Source: an uncultured Acidobacteriota bacterium (GTDB lineage: Bacteria > Acidobacteriota > Vicinamibacteria > Vicinamibacterales > UBA2999). From it: a stretch of 64,000 nucleotides of DNA. The stretch's first letter is position 1; each line of letters begins with the position of its first letter. Of the stretch, positions 19,781 through 28,718 are shown one piece after another. A model generated the notes under the pieces. The model saw only the letters and a program-made list of their open reading frames with translations, had not been told where the DNA came from and did not search any database. The position numbers were made by a program, and so were the translations under genes. The DNA lies in NCBI GenBank assembly GCA_963814955.1, contig CAWFEX010000008.1:755992-819991 (forward strand), given 5' to 3'.

Positions 19781-19888
19781 CGTAGTGTCCGGCTTTAGCC
19801 GGACCAAGAACTTTCCCGGCCCCATCGGGCTGGTCCGGCTAAAGCCGGACGCTACGATTACTCCGTGCTAAAGCCGGACACTACTACG
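19781..19888. repeat. Cluster of three REP-like palindromic units (consensus about TACGTAGTGTCCGGCTTYAGCCGGAC)
   Basis: cgtagtgtccggctttagccggac (19781-19804), its inverted counterpart gtccggctaaagccggacgctacg (19833-19856), and the partial gctaaagccggacactactacg (19867-19888). Each has a GTCCGGCT/AGCCGGAC stem. Confidence 0.75.
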
Positions 19889-19889
19889 A

Positions 19890-20333
19890 TTACGCCGGAA
19901 CCGTGAGCGTCGACCCCTTCTTCGCGAAGATCATCGCAAGCAGCCGTGCCGGCTGTGTCTGACTCGCGTTCTTCGACACCTCGTGCGTCGCGCCGGGCTG
20001 CTCGTAAAACATCTGTCCAACGGTATACGTCCTTTCCTCACCCTGTCCCGAAATCCTGGCGACGACGGTCCCCTCGAGCACATACACGAGCACGAACCCG
20101 GCGTGGCGATGCGGCACCCCGACGTGTCCAGGCGCGTAGTCGACAAAGTTGACCGTCACTTCCCAATCGTCCAGCACCACGTTCGGGAGATCGTGCTGGA
20201 ATACCGGCGGGCGAGGGCTCGTCGATCCTCCGGCGGAGGCGGTCTGTGTCTGCCCGGCGGCGGATTGACCCACCGCGAGCGACTGGGCCAGCAGCGCGAG
20301 CGAGGCGACGGCGTCGCGACGATTCATGAACAT
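19890..20333 (-). CDS. Exported cupin-domain protein
   Basis: N-terminus MFMNRRDAVASLALLAQSLAVG and cupin motifs GHVGVPHRHAGFVLVYVLEG...GATHEV. Confidence 0.8.
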   Translation of the reverse strand: MFMNRRDAVASLALLAQSLAVGQSAAGQTQTASAGGSTSPRPPVFQHDLPNVVLDDWEVTVNFVDYAPGHVGVPHRHAGFVLVYVLEGTVVARISGQGEERTYTVGQMFYEQPGATHEVSKNASQTQPARLLAMIFAKKGSTLTVPA

Positions 20334-20395
20334 GCCGGGATTATAGGGCGTCACGGCTGCGCGGTGGCGAGCGCCCACGCGGCGGGATTTATGTC

Positions 20396-21103
20396 ATGCT
20401 CTCGCCGCACTCTATGCCTGATTACGTCTTTTCCCCACCTCCGGTGCCGTCGGTTGCAGTTGAAGGCGAGCGGGGACGGTTCCCCGTCCGCCGGATCTTC
20501 TGCGTCGGTCGCAACTATGCTGCGCACGCCCGGGAGATGGGGCACGATCCGATCCGCGAGGCGCCATTCTTCTTCCTCAAACCTGCGGATGCGATTGTCG
20601 AGAGCGGCGCTGTCATTTCATATCCTCCCGAGACAGCGAATTTGCAATACGAAATCGAGCTCGTCGTCGCGATCGGCACGGCCGGTTTCCAGGTGCCCGT
20701 CGATCGAGCCCTGGATCTCGTCTATGGCTATACAGTCGGCATCGACCTTACCCGGCGCGACCTGCAGTTCGCCGCGCGCGACGCCGGTCGGCCATGGGAT
20801 TGGGGCAAGGGGTTCGATCGCTCCGCACCATGCGGCGCGATCCGGAAGGCGGCGGCGATCGGACATCCCGTGCGCGGTCGAATCTCGTTGTCGGTGAACG
20901 GCGCGATCAGGCAGGAGGGAGACATCTCCGACCTGATCTGGTCGGTTCCCGAAGTAATTTCAGCAATTACGCGGTCGATGGAGCTCAGGCCCGGCGATTT
21001 GATCTTCACGGGAACCCCCGCCGGCGTCGGCCCCATCGGGGCCGGCGACGTCGTCACCGGAGATGTTCAGGGCGTCGGTGAGATCGTGCTGACGATCGTA
21101 TGA
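20396..21103 (+). CDS. Fumarylacetoacetate hydrolase (FAH) family protein
   Basis: RIFCVGRNYAAHAREMG, EIELVVAIG, KGFD.SAPCG, PGDLIFTGTPAGVG. Confidence 0.85.
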   Translation: MLSPHSMPDYVFSPPPVPSVAVEGERGRFPVRRIFCVGRNYAAHAREMGHDPIREAPFFFLKPADAIVESGAVISYPPETANLQYEIELVVAIGTAGFQVPVDRALDLVYGYTVGIDLTRRDLQFAARDAGRPWDWGKGFDRSAPCGAIRKAAAIGHPVRGRISLSVNGAIRQEGDISDLIWSVPEVISAITRSMELRPGDLIFTGTPAGVGPIGAGDVVTGDVQGVGEIVLTIV

Positions 21104-21135
21104 CCGCGACGATTAGAGGAATTCTCATCGCCAGA

Positions 21136-24100
21136 TCAGACCGGCGAGTCCGCGCCACTACTGTGAGGGTCCGGCCTGGAGGTGGCTCCTGACGATTTCT
21201 CAGGCGCCCGCCGGGCTAACAATTGATCGAGCCGCGCGGTCAGTTGATGCACGTCGACTGGCTTGACGATATGGGCTTCGAAGCCGGCCGCGCGCGACCG
21301 CTCGTGATCGGACGCCTGGCCGTACCCGGTTACTGCCACGAGCACTGGTGGCACGCCGTCCGATGATCCCACCAGCTGTCGAGCCAGCTCATATCCGTCC
21401 ATCAGCGGCAGTCCAAGATCCAGCAATGCGGCGTCCGGTTTGAACTCTTCTGCCACTGCGAGCGCGGCGGGGCCATCGAATGCCACCCGCGTATCGTGCC
21501 CGACGGCCTCGAGCGCTTCAGCAATGAGACGGGCACCGTCCACGTTGTCGTCGACGATGAGCACCCGGTAGCCAGTGCGTACAGTCTCATCTGGCACGCG
21601 AGCCACCCTGGGTGCCGTCGGTCTTGCTTGTTCGCCTGCGTACGACGGAAGCCGGATGATGAACTCACTGCCCTTCCCGACGCCGGGGCTCCGCGCCTCT
21701 ACCGTGCCGTCATGAAGCGCGACCAGGCTTTTGACGATCGTCAAACCGATGCCGAGACCGCCCAACGATCGATCAGACGCCTGATGGCTTTGCGTGAACA
21801 TCTCGAACACGTGCGGAAGCATGTCCGCAGAGATCCCTATGCCGGTGTCTTTGATGCTCAGTTCCACGGCATCTCCGACACGCTGGCCGGTCACTGAAAT
21901 ACGGCCTTTGGGCTCGGTGTACTTGGCCGCGTTGGTCAGCAGGTTCATCACAACCTGCGTCAATCGCGTGACATCGCCGCTGACCACCAAGCCGGTGCTC
22001 GGAACCTTGAGTTCGAGCTGGTGGTGCCGTTCCTCCAGCAACGGACTGGCCGACTCGACCGCCGATGCAACGATCTCGGCCATCTCCAGCGGCTGCCGGC
22101 GAAGCGCGATCTTGCCGCGAGCAATACGCGACACGTCCAGCAGGTCGTCGACGAGGCGGCCGAGGTGCCGGACCTGGCGCTCGATCACGACTCGCTCGCG
22201 TGCCGAGGAGGTATCGCCTCGAAGCGTCATCAACTGCAACGCGGTCAGGATGGGCGCGAGAGGATTTCGCAGCTCGTGGCCGAGCATCGCCAGGAACTCG
22301 TCCTTCGTCCGATTAGCGCTCTCGGCTGCGGTGCGCAGGTGCTGCATCTCGTTGCGGGCGTTCACCTCGTCCGTGATGTCAAACGCAAGAACGAGAACAC
22401 CTTCGATTTGCCCGTCCAGTCCGCGGAGGGGCGAATACACGAAGTTGAAGTAGATCGTGTCGACTGATCCGTCGCCGCGACGCTCGGCGCGGGCCGGTCG
22501 TTCTTTTCCGAGATACGGAACTCCGGTCCGAAACACATCATCGAGAAGACTGATGAATGGCTGGCCCCTCAGCTCGGGCAGCGCCTCGACAAGCGGCTTG
22601 TTCAGCACGTCCTGCTCTGTCCGACCCCATACCTGGCAGGTCATGGGATTGGCGAGTTCCACGACGTGCTCTGGTCCCCGGAGGATCAGCATCGGCGTCG
22701 GGGCCTGCATGAACAGCGACCGGAGATGCTGCTTCTGCAGCTCGGCATCGCGTCGAGCGCGCGCCAGAGCCAGCAGCGAGCGGACGCGCGCGACCAGCTC
22801 GCGCGCGCTGAATGGCTTGGTGACGTAGTCGTCGGCACCGGCCGCCAGCCCCGAAACTCGCGCCTCTTCACCCGCTCTGGCGGAGAGCATCAGCACCGGC
22901 ACCGATTCGGTCAGAGGATCGGACCTCAGAGTGTGGAGCAGCTCGAACCCATCGAGCTCCGGCATCATCACGTCGGTGACGACGAGGGCCGGCGGCACGG
23001 TGCGTATGCGCTCGAGCGCGACGGCACCGTTGATCGCGGTCTCAACATCCCATCCTCTCAGCAGGTGAGTGAGGTACTCGCGCATGTCCGCGTTGTCGTC
23101 GACGACGAGAATCCGCTCGCGAGCGCCTGAACGCACGCCCTCGGCATCCCTGTCCCGGGCCGCATCACGTTCCAACCCAGCGCCCGCGGCTTCATCGTCT
23201 TGTGGCAGCCATCTCATGGCTTCCGCGACGTACGGTGCGGCGCCGATGGCGGTGGATGACAGCCCGGGCTCGGCATCCACGCGATCCTGAGGCAAATGCG
23301 CACTGCCGGTCGGGATCTGAACCGTGAACGTGGAACCCTCGCCGACGCGGCTCGACACCGTGATGCTGCCCTGATGCAGGCGCACGAGCTCCGAGGTCAG
23401 CGCCAAGCCGATTCCCGAACCCTCGTGCGTGCGGGATCGCGCACCTGCTACCCGATGAAACCGCTCGAACACGAGCGGCACCTCGTCCTCGGGAATACCG
23501 GTGCCGCTGTCCCTGACACTGAACTCAATCCGGCCATCGTGTTCCGTCAGCGTGACGTGAATCGAGCCTTCGAAGGTGAACTTGAAAGCATTCGACAACA
23601 GGTTCAGCACCACTTTTTCCCACATGTCACGATCGACGTAGACGGGTGCGGCGACATCCTGGCAGGTAACCACAAAATCAAGGCCGGCGTGCTCAATGGT
23701 GGATTGGAATGCCGCCGCCAGCTCCCGAGTCAGCTTCGCGATGTCCGTCAAACGATAGACGGCCTGCGTTCTGCCTGCCTCAATCCGGGAGAAGTCGAGC
23801 AGCGTATTCACCAGCTTCAAGAGGCGAAGCTGATTGCGATGAACCATCTCCAGGTCGTCGGCGTTCAGCGTCCTGTCCGGTCCTGCGAGGGCCGCTTCGG
23901 TGGGACCGAGCATCAGGGTCAGCGGGGTCCGGAACTCGTGGCTGACGTTGCTGAAAAACGCCGTTTTCGCGCGGTCGATCTCCGCCAGCGCCTCGGCGCG
24001 CTTCCTCTCTTCTTCGTACGCTCGCGCGTTCGTGAGCGCGGTTCCAAGCTGGTCGGCGACCAGCTCCAGAAACGCGCGGTACTGGTCGTCGAACGGGCGA

Positions 24101-24879
24101 CGTGGATTCAGGCCGACCACCAGGCGACCGGCTCGCGCCCCTGCGATTGAGATCGGCAGCTCTTTGACCAGCTCACCCCGCGAGGACGCGAGCTTCTCTT
24201 CGGCTCCGGGCGTCCAGCTCTGGAGCTCGGTGCCGAGATAGGCCAGAGCGAACGTCACGTCGTGCGGCTTCGCGGCGAGAGTCTCTGTGGCGATGATGCA
24301 GGCTTCGCGCGGGTTACGCGCGGTGGCATTGTGCTCCGCGAGGTCCTTCAACAGAGCCATGCGTCGCACGCCCACCACACGCTCCGTCGTCTCGGCGACG
24401 ATGCAGTTCACGCCTCCGACTTCGCCTGACTCCACGCGGACCGGATCGTATGAAACGTCGAAGTACGTTTCCTCCAGGAACCCGTAGCGCTCGACCTCGA
24501 ACAACAGATCCTTCGCCCAGAACGCCTCTCCAGTGCGGACGACGTTGGCCAGCAGCTCGTGGAGCATGCTGTCCCAGATCTCGCTCCATGCCTCACGTCC
24601 TGGGAGACCGAGGGCGTACGGATGTTTGGCTCCGAAGACAGCGCGGTAGGCGTCGTTATAGAGGACTGTGAACTCAGGACCCCAAAAGAGGATGATCTGC
24701 GCTTTGGACGGGAGCAGCATGCTCACGGTGCTGCGAAGGCTCTGTGGCCACGCGTCCACTGGTCCAAGTGGCGTCTTCAACCAATCCATGGCGCGCATGC
24801 GCGCGCCCATTTCGCCGCCACCCTGGAGGAAAGCCAGGCTCGAGGCGGCTTCAGGAGAGCGATGAGGCATCGGTCGCAT
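21136..24879 (-). CDS. Giant hybrid sensor kinase: N-terminal PAS-like sensor, GAF-like region, HK core 1, REC 1, PAS, HK core 2, REC 2
   Basis: 1247 aa. It has two H-boxes (FFSNVSHEFRTPL and FLAMLGHELRNPL), two ATPase G-boxes (GSGIGLALT and GLGIGLTIV) and two receivers (ILVVDDNADMRE...TDVMMPELDG and VLIVDDNVDGAR...LDLGLPLMDG). Confidence 0.9.
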   Translation of the reverse strand: MRPMPHRSPEAASSLAFLQGGGEMGARMRAMDWLKTPLGPVDAWPQSLRSTVSMLLPSKAQIILFWGPEFTVLYNDAYRAVFGAKHPYALGLPGREAWSEIWDSMLHELLANVVRTGEAFWAKDLLFEVERYGFLEETYFDVSYDPVRVESGEVGGVNCIVAETTERVVGVRRMALLKDLAEHNATARNPREACIIATETLAAKPHDVTFALAYLGTELQSWTPGAEEKLASSRGELVKELPISIAGARAGRLVVGLNPRRPFDDQYRAFLELVADQLGTALTNARAYEEERKRAEALAEIDRAKTAFFSNVSHEFRTPLTLMLGPTEAALAGPDRTLNADDLEMVHRNQLRLLKLVNTLLDFSRIEAGRTQAVYRLTDIAKLTRELAAAFQSTIEHAGLDFVVTCQDVAAPVYVDRDMWEKVVLNLLSNAFKFTFEGSIHVTLTEHDGRIEFSVRDSGTGIPEDEVPLVFERFHRVAGARSRTHEGSGIGLALTSELVRLHQGSITVSSRVGEGSTFTVQIPTGSAHLPQDRVDAEPGLSSTAIGAAPYVAEAMRWLPQDDEAAGAGLERDAARDRDAEGVRSGARERILVVDDNADMREYLTHLLRGWDVETAINGAVALERIRTVPPALVVTDVMMPELDGFELLHTLRSDPLTESVPVLMLSARAGEEARVSGLAAGADDYVTKPFSARELVARVRSLLALARARRDAELQKQHLRSLFMQAPTPMLILRGPEHVVELANPMTCQVWGRTEQDVLNKPLVEALPELRGQPFISLLDDVFRTGVPYLGKERPARAERRGDGSVDTIYFNFVYSPLRGLDGQIEGVLVLAFDITDEVNARNEMQHLRTAAESANRTKDEFLAMLGHELRNPLAPILTALQLMTLRGDTSSARERVVIERQVRHLGRLVDDLLDVSRIARGKIALRRQPLEMAEIVASAVESASPLLEERHHQLELKVPSTGLVVSGDVTRLTQVVMNLLTNAAKYTEPKGRISVTGQRVGDAVELSIKDTGIGISADMLPHVFEMFTQSHQASDRSLGGLGIGLTIVKSLVALHDGTVEARSPGVGKGSEFIIRLPSYAGEQARPTAPRVARVPDETVRTGYRVLIVDDNVDGARLIAEALEAVGHDTRVAFDGPAALAVAEEFKPDAALLDLGLPLMDGYELARQLVGSSDGVPPVLVAVTGYGQASDHERSRAAGFEAHIVKPVDVHQLTARLDQLLARRAPEKSSGATSRPDPHSSGADSPV

Positions 24880-25040
24880 TATTGCCCAGCGATGCGATCG
24901 ACTCCGAGTGTCACAGTCACAGCTGAGCTAGTGATGATTGAGACTTCGTTCACCGGCTGCGTGCGCATATGAGGCGTCCTTCGCGTCGCCTCGGGTTGCA
25001 ATTATCATTCACCCACGCCAGTCCAGGACCGGAGGATACG

Positions 25041-25871
25041 ATGACGAGTATCACGCGTCGGGACCTTCTCAAGAGTGCAACGGCAGTCGCGGCGGCCGAC
25101 GCTTTTGTTGCGGGCGCGGCTTTCGCTCCGACGGAAGTCCTGGCGCAGCCGAAACCGGGCGCGAGGGTGGATGGCGTCAAGGCGCTCGTCTACGATGTGT
25201 TCGGCACCTGCGTCGACTGGCGGAACGGGGTCGCGCGCGACGCCGAACGTATTTTGAAGCCGCTTGGCTACACGATCGATTGGCTCGCGTTTGCCGATGC
25301 CTGGCGCGCGCTCTATCAACCGAGCATGGAAGAAGTCCGATCCGGCCGCCAGCCGTTCGTCAAGCTCGACGTGCTGCACCGGCGCATGCTCGACCAGATC
25401 AGACCGAAGTTTGGTCTGGAGAAGCTCGACAACAAGGTCGCCGACGATCTCAATCTGGCCTGGCATCGCCTCGATGCGTGGCCCGACATCGTGCCCGGCT
25501 TCGTGCGGCTGAAGCGCAAATTCATGTTGGCGCCGTGCTCGAACGGCAACATTGCGCTGATGGTCGACATCGCGCGGCGGAACAATATCCCGTGGGACGC
25601 CATTCTGGGCTCCGAAATCGCGCGCGACTTCAAGCCGAAGCCGGCCGTCTATCTGATGACCGCGGCCGCGCTGAACTTGCAGCCAAACGAGGTGATGATG
25701 GTCGCCGCTCACAGCGACGATTTGCGCAGTGCTGCATCGAATGGGCTTCGCACGGCCCATGTCGCAAGGCCCGGAGAGAATGGACCGGGAACCGGAGAAT
25801 CAGCTCCGCGGGTACCCGTCGATTTCGCCGCAAAGAGCATGGAGGACCTGGCCAGCCAGCTTGGAGTGTGA
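25041..25871 (+). CDS. Type II haloacid dehalogenase-like hydrolase with a twin-arginine signal
   Basis: MTSITRRDLLKSATAVAAADAFVAGAAFA, then the HAD motif I VYDVFGTCVDW, and later SNGN and AAHSDDL motifs. GGAGGA lies 4 nt upstream of the ATG. Confidence 0.85.
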   Translation: MTSITRRDLLKSATAVAAADAFVAGAAFAPTEVLAQPKPGARVDGVKALVYDVFGTCVDWRNGVARDAERILKPLGYTIDWLAFADAWRALYQPSMEEVRSGRQPFVKLDVLHRRMLDQIRPKFGLEKLDNKVADDLNLAWHRLDAWPDIVPGFVRLKRKFMLAPCSNGNIALMVDIARRNNIPWDAILGSEIARDFKPKPAVYLMTAAALNLQPNEVMMVAAHSDDLRSAASNGLRTAHVARPGENGPGTGESAPRVPVDFAAKSMEDLASQLGV

Positions 25872-25879
25872 GCGACCAA

Positions 25880-26366
25880 TCATTCCTCTTGTTCATACTC
25901 ACCGGTTGCGTAGTCATATGACGCACGAACCAGGTTCCAGATCACTTCCAGCTCCTCTTCATTTCTTGGTCCCCATACCATCATCGTGCGGCTGATCGGA
26001 TGGGGTTCGCCCCACCCCTTCACCAGAACTTCCTCGGTACAACGCCCGTGGAAGGGTCATGTGCAGACTGCCGTCGTGCGCGGGATGCAGGTGCGCAAAT
26101 TCCCGACCCCGTTGGAAAGCGCCATCGGGCCCGCGCGCCAACGCCTCGTCGAGGTGAAAGGCGCGCGCGCCTGGAACCGACACCAGGCTCTTGCCCACGC
26201 TCACGCCAGGAAGCGACTGGGCGCGCATGAACAACTGCTCTTGCATGTGCGGCGGGGCGATCTGAGAGACCTGCTTGTGTGGCTCGGGATGTTCTCGAGA
26301 CGGACGGGTCGTGTCGGGTTTTGGCCCCAACCGCTGCGGGATCTCAAAGCGTATCCGCTGTTTCAT
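25880..26366 (-). pseudogene. Small luciferase-like-domain family protein (EFAHLHP..DGSLH motif); +1 frame break at 26036-26040
   Basis: MKQRIRFEIPQRLGPKPDTT...VSVPGARAFHLDE...REFAHLHPAHDGSLHMTLPRALY, which continues in the +1 frame as EEVLVKGWGEPHPISRTMMVWGPRNEEELEVIWNLVRASYDYATGEYEQEE* (stop at 25880-25882). Confidence 0.7.
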
Positions 26367-26436
26367 TTGCTTCTCGTGCGTTTCGGCAGCCTCTTCGGGG
26401 AAGAAGAAAAAAGCTGGAGGCGGTGTCGCAGCGGTT

Positions 26437-27774
26437 TTACGGCTGCGCGGCTGCCGCCTTGACCTGCGCCAGGATCTTATCGAGCTCCGCCCGCTCCAAC
26501 AGCCGACCATCAGTGACCACCGCCCGAATGCGGCGAACGTTCGCGATGTCGTCGAGAGGATTCCCGTCCAGCAGCACGAGGTCGGCCAGCTTCCCTGCTG
26601 CGACGACGCCAAGCGAGTTCTCGCGCCCGAGGTAGCGTGCCGGATTGAGTGTGGCCGTCTGCAAAGCGGCCAGCGGCGTCATTCCGCCCCGCACCATGGC
26701 CGCGAGCTCGTCGTGTACGCAGAAGCCGGCAATGAGCGCGTCGCAGCCAGCGAGAATGCCGACACCCGCTGAAGCCATGTCGCGCGCCACAACCAAACCG
26801 ACCTCTGCCAGGCTGTTCAGAGCGGCAAGCACTTCAGGCTTCGTGACGAAATAGCCCTGGTTCGCGGCCCACATCTCGCGCAGCGCCTTGTTGGCGTACG
26901 CGAAATGCTCGGCGCTCACACTCGAAGCTGGCGTCCCGATCACCGCCAGCTCGAACAGCGTGACCAGGGTCGGCGTCTGCCAGATCCGCCTGCGCGCCAG
27001 CATCTCGAAGAAGGGGCGACATGCCTCAGGCCGATACTGGGCGCCTCCCGAACACGCCTTCCACACCTTCCCGTCTTCCGAGAAGTGCTCGATGTTGGCC
27101 ATGCCCGCGTCGATACCTTCCTCCACCGTCACCTTCAGCGGCACATGGCCGGCGAGCGGAAGGCTCTGACGGCGGGCTTCGTCGGCAATGGCAAAGAAGA
27201 CGTCGCGAGGCGTGAAGTTGTGAACCTTGATCAGATCGACGCCGCGCTGTTTGAGCAGTCGCACGGCCGCTCGTCCCTCCTCTGCGTTTCGCACTCGTAT
27301 TCGCAGCGGCCAGTCTCCAGGCGCATCATCGAGAATCGGTCCAGCGGCGACGATCCGAGGTCCGAGGATGCGGCCCGACGATGTGGCCTGCCGCATGTCG
27401 AGGATGTAGTCGAGGTCCGCGCCCATGTCGCGAATGCCCGTGACCCCATTCGCCACATAGAGCTGGAGCCAGGGCGCACCGCTGAACTGAACATGCGCAT
27501 GCATATCCCAGAGGCCTGGAATGAGGAACTTGCCTTGACCATCCACAATCTGCGCACCGGCGGGCGGATCGCCGTTCGGGGTAACAGCGGTGATCGTGCC
27601 GCCGTTGATCGTCACCGTGGTGTTCGGCCGGATCTGTCCAGTGGCAACGTCAACGACGTTGACGTGTGCAATGGCCACCGCTGGCGTCTGTGACCTGACG
27701 ATAACAGCGCCCGTCAATATGGCTGCAATGGCGACACCGCATGCGACTCTTTGATCGACCATAAAACGCCCCAT
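26437..27774 (-). CDS. Exported metal-dependent amidohydrolase
   Basis: Signal anchor, IAHVNVVDV...GLWDMHAHV (HxH), later HF.E and ILAGCDA, and the C-terminal ADLVLLDGNPL typical of the amidohydrolase superfamily. The start is chosen at MGRFMV. Confidence 0.85.
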   Translation of the reverse strand: MGRFMVDQRVACGVAIAAILTGAVIVRSQTPAVAIAHVNVVDVATGQIRPNTTVTINGGTITAVTPNGDPPAGAQIVDGQGKFLIPGLWDMHAHVQFSGAPWLQLYVANGVTGIRDMGADLDYILDMRQATSSGRILGPRIVAAGPILDDAPGDWPLRIRVRNAEEGRAAVRLLKQRGVDLIKVHNFTPRDVFFAIADEARRQSLPLAGHVPLKVTVEEGIDAGMANIEHFSEDGKVWKACSGGAQYRPEACRPFFEMLARRRIWQTPTLVTLFELAVIGTPASSVSAEHFAYANKALREMWAANQGYFVTKPEVLAALNSLAEVGLVVARDMASAGVGILAGCDALIAGFCVHDELAAMVRGGMTPLAALQTATLNPARYLGRENSLGVVAAGKLADLVLLDGNPLDDIANVRRIRAVVTDGRLLERAELDKILAQVKAAAAQP

Positions 27775-27791
27775 TCGGCGTCCGACGCCCG

Positions 27792-28718
27792 CTATCGCCT
27801 GATCTGCGTTCGGTGCATCACGCGACGCGCGGTGGCGTCGAAGGCGTCGCGGCGATGCATCGTGCAGCGGTTGTCCCACAGCACGAGATCGCCAACCTCC
27901 CAGTGGTGTGTCCACGTGTGAGACGTGTGCGTGGCCTCGGCCCAGATTTCGTCGAGTAGTGCCTCGGAATCGTCGAGCGGCAGCCCTTCGATGTAGGCAT
28001 TGCGCCGGCGGCCAAGGTAAAGGCCCGGCCGGCCCGTCTCGGGATGTGCCAACAGGAGAGGGTGCAGCGTGCCCGGCGACGTACGCGGATCGCCGGTCGG
28101 TATCACACCCTGGCGGACATAGCCGCCGCTGTTGTAGGTGCCGTCGTGCTTCACGCGGAGCCCTGCGACACGCTGTCGCAGCCGGTCCGGGAGCTTATCC
28201 CACGCGGCAGACATCGAGCAGAAGCCGGTATCGCCACCGTGATCCGGCACTTCCAGCGCATAGAGAACGCTCGCCTTCGGCGGATCCGGCAGGTACGACA
28301 TGTCCGTGTGCCACACCGCTTCACCCGCCCCGAGGCTGCCGATCGGCACGCCATGCTCGACCACGTTGGAGACCACGTAGATCTCCGGGTGCCCCTCCAC
28401 GAAACGCCGCCCGCTTTCCTGGACCGGCGCCTCGTCCAGGTGGCCGAAGCGACGGCTGAAAGCCAGAAGATCCTCGTCGGTGAGCGACTGGTCCCTGAAG
28501 AGCAGGACCTGATGATCGAGCCAGGCCTGGTAAACCAGCGCGAAGGTTTCCGTATCGAGCGACCGCACGTCAACGCCCTCGACGCGCGCACCAAGCGCCG
28601 CGCCCGTCGGCAGGATACGGGGAACACCGCGATCGACATTCGACTGCTGCACCACGGTATGTACTGTATCGCTCACGGCATCTTCCACACCACCCTCAGA
28701 ACCCGAGCGACTGTCCAA
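27792..28718 (-). CDS. TauD/TfdA-family Fe(II)/2-oxoglutarate dioxygenase
   Basis: GARVEGVDV...WLDHQVLLFRDQ, the HxD motif in AVWHTDMSY, GGDTGF, and the distal His in WDNRCTMHRR. The true start may be an internal GTG (about 28676-28688), which would remove the overlap with the next gene. Confidence 0.85.
   Translation of the reverse strand: MDSRSGSEGGVEDAVSDTVHTVVQQSNVDRGVPRILPTGAALGARVEGVDVRSLDTETFALVYQAWLDHQVLLFRDQSLTDEDLLAFSRRFGHLDEAPVQESGRRFVEGHPEIYVVSNVVEHGVPIGSLGAGEAVWHTDMSYLPDPPKASVLYALEVPDHGGDTGFCSMSAAWDKLPDRLRQRVAGLRVKHDGTYNSGGYVRQGVIPTGDPRTSPGTLHPLLLAHPETGRPGLYLGRRRNAYIEGLPLDDSEALLDEIWAEATHTSHTWTHHWEVGDLVLWDNRCTMHRRDAFDATARRVMHRTQIRR

Noticed and set aside
19781-19888. Possible CRISPR array or MITE at the repeat cluster
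   Set aside because: There are only three units of about 24 nt, in mixed orientation and with irregular short spacers (28 and 10 nt). No cas genes are present, and the same unit occurs singly elsewhere. It is better described as a REP-like element cluster.
26367-26612. N-terminal extension of ORF 25959..26612 (MASSQQGSWPTSCCW...)
   Set aside because: It overlaps the 3' end of the amidohydrolase gene (stop at 26437) and looks non-coding. The family-typical sequence begins at MKQRIRF (26366).
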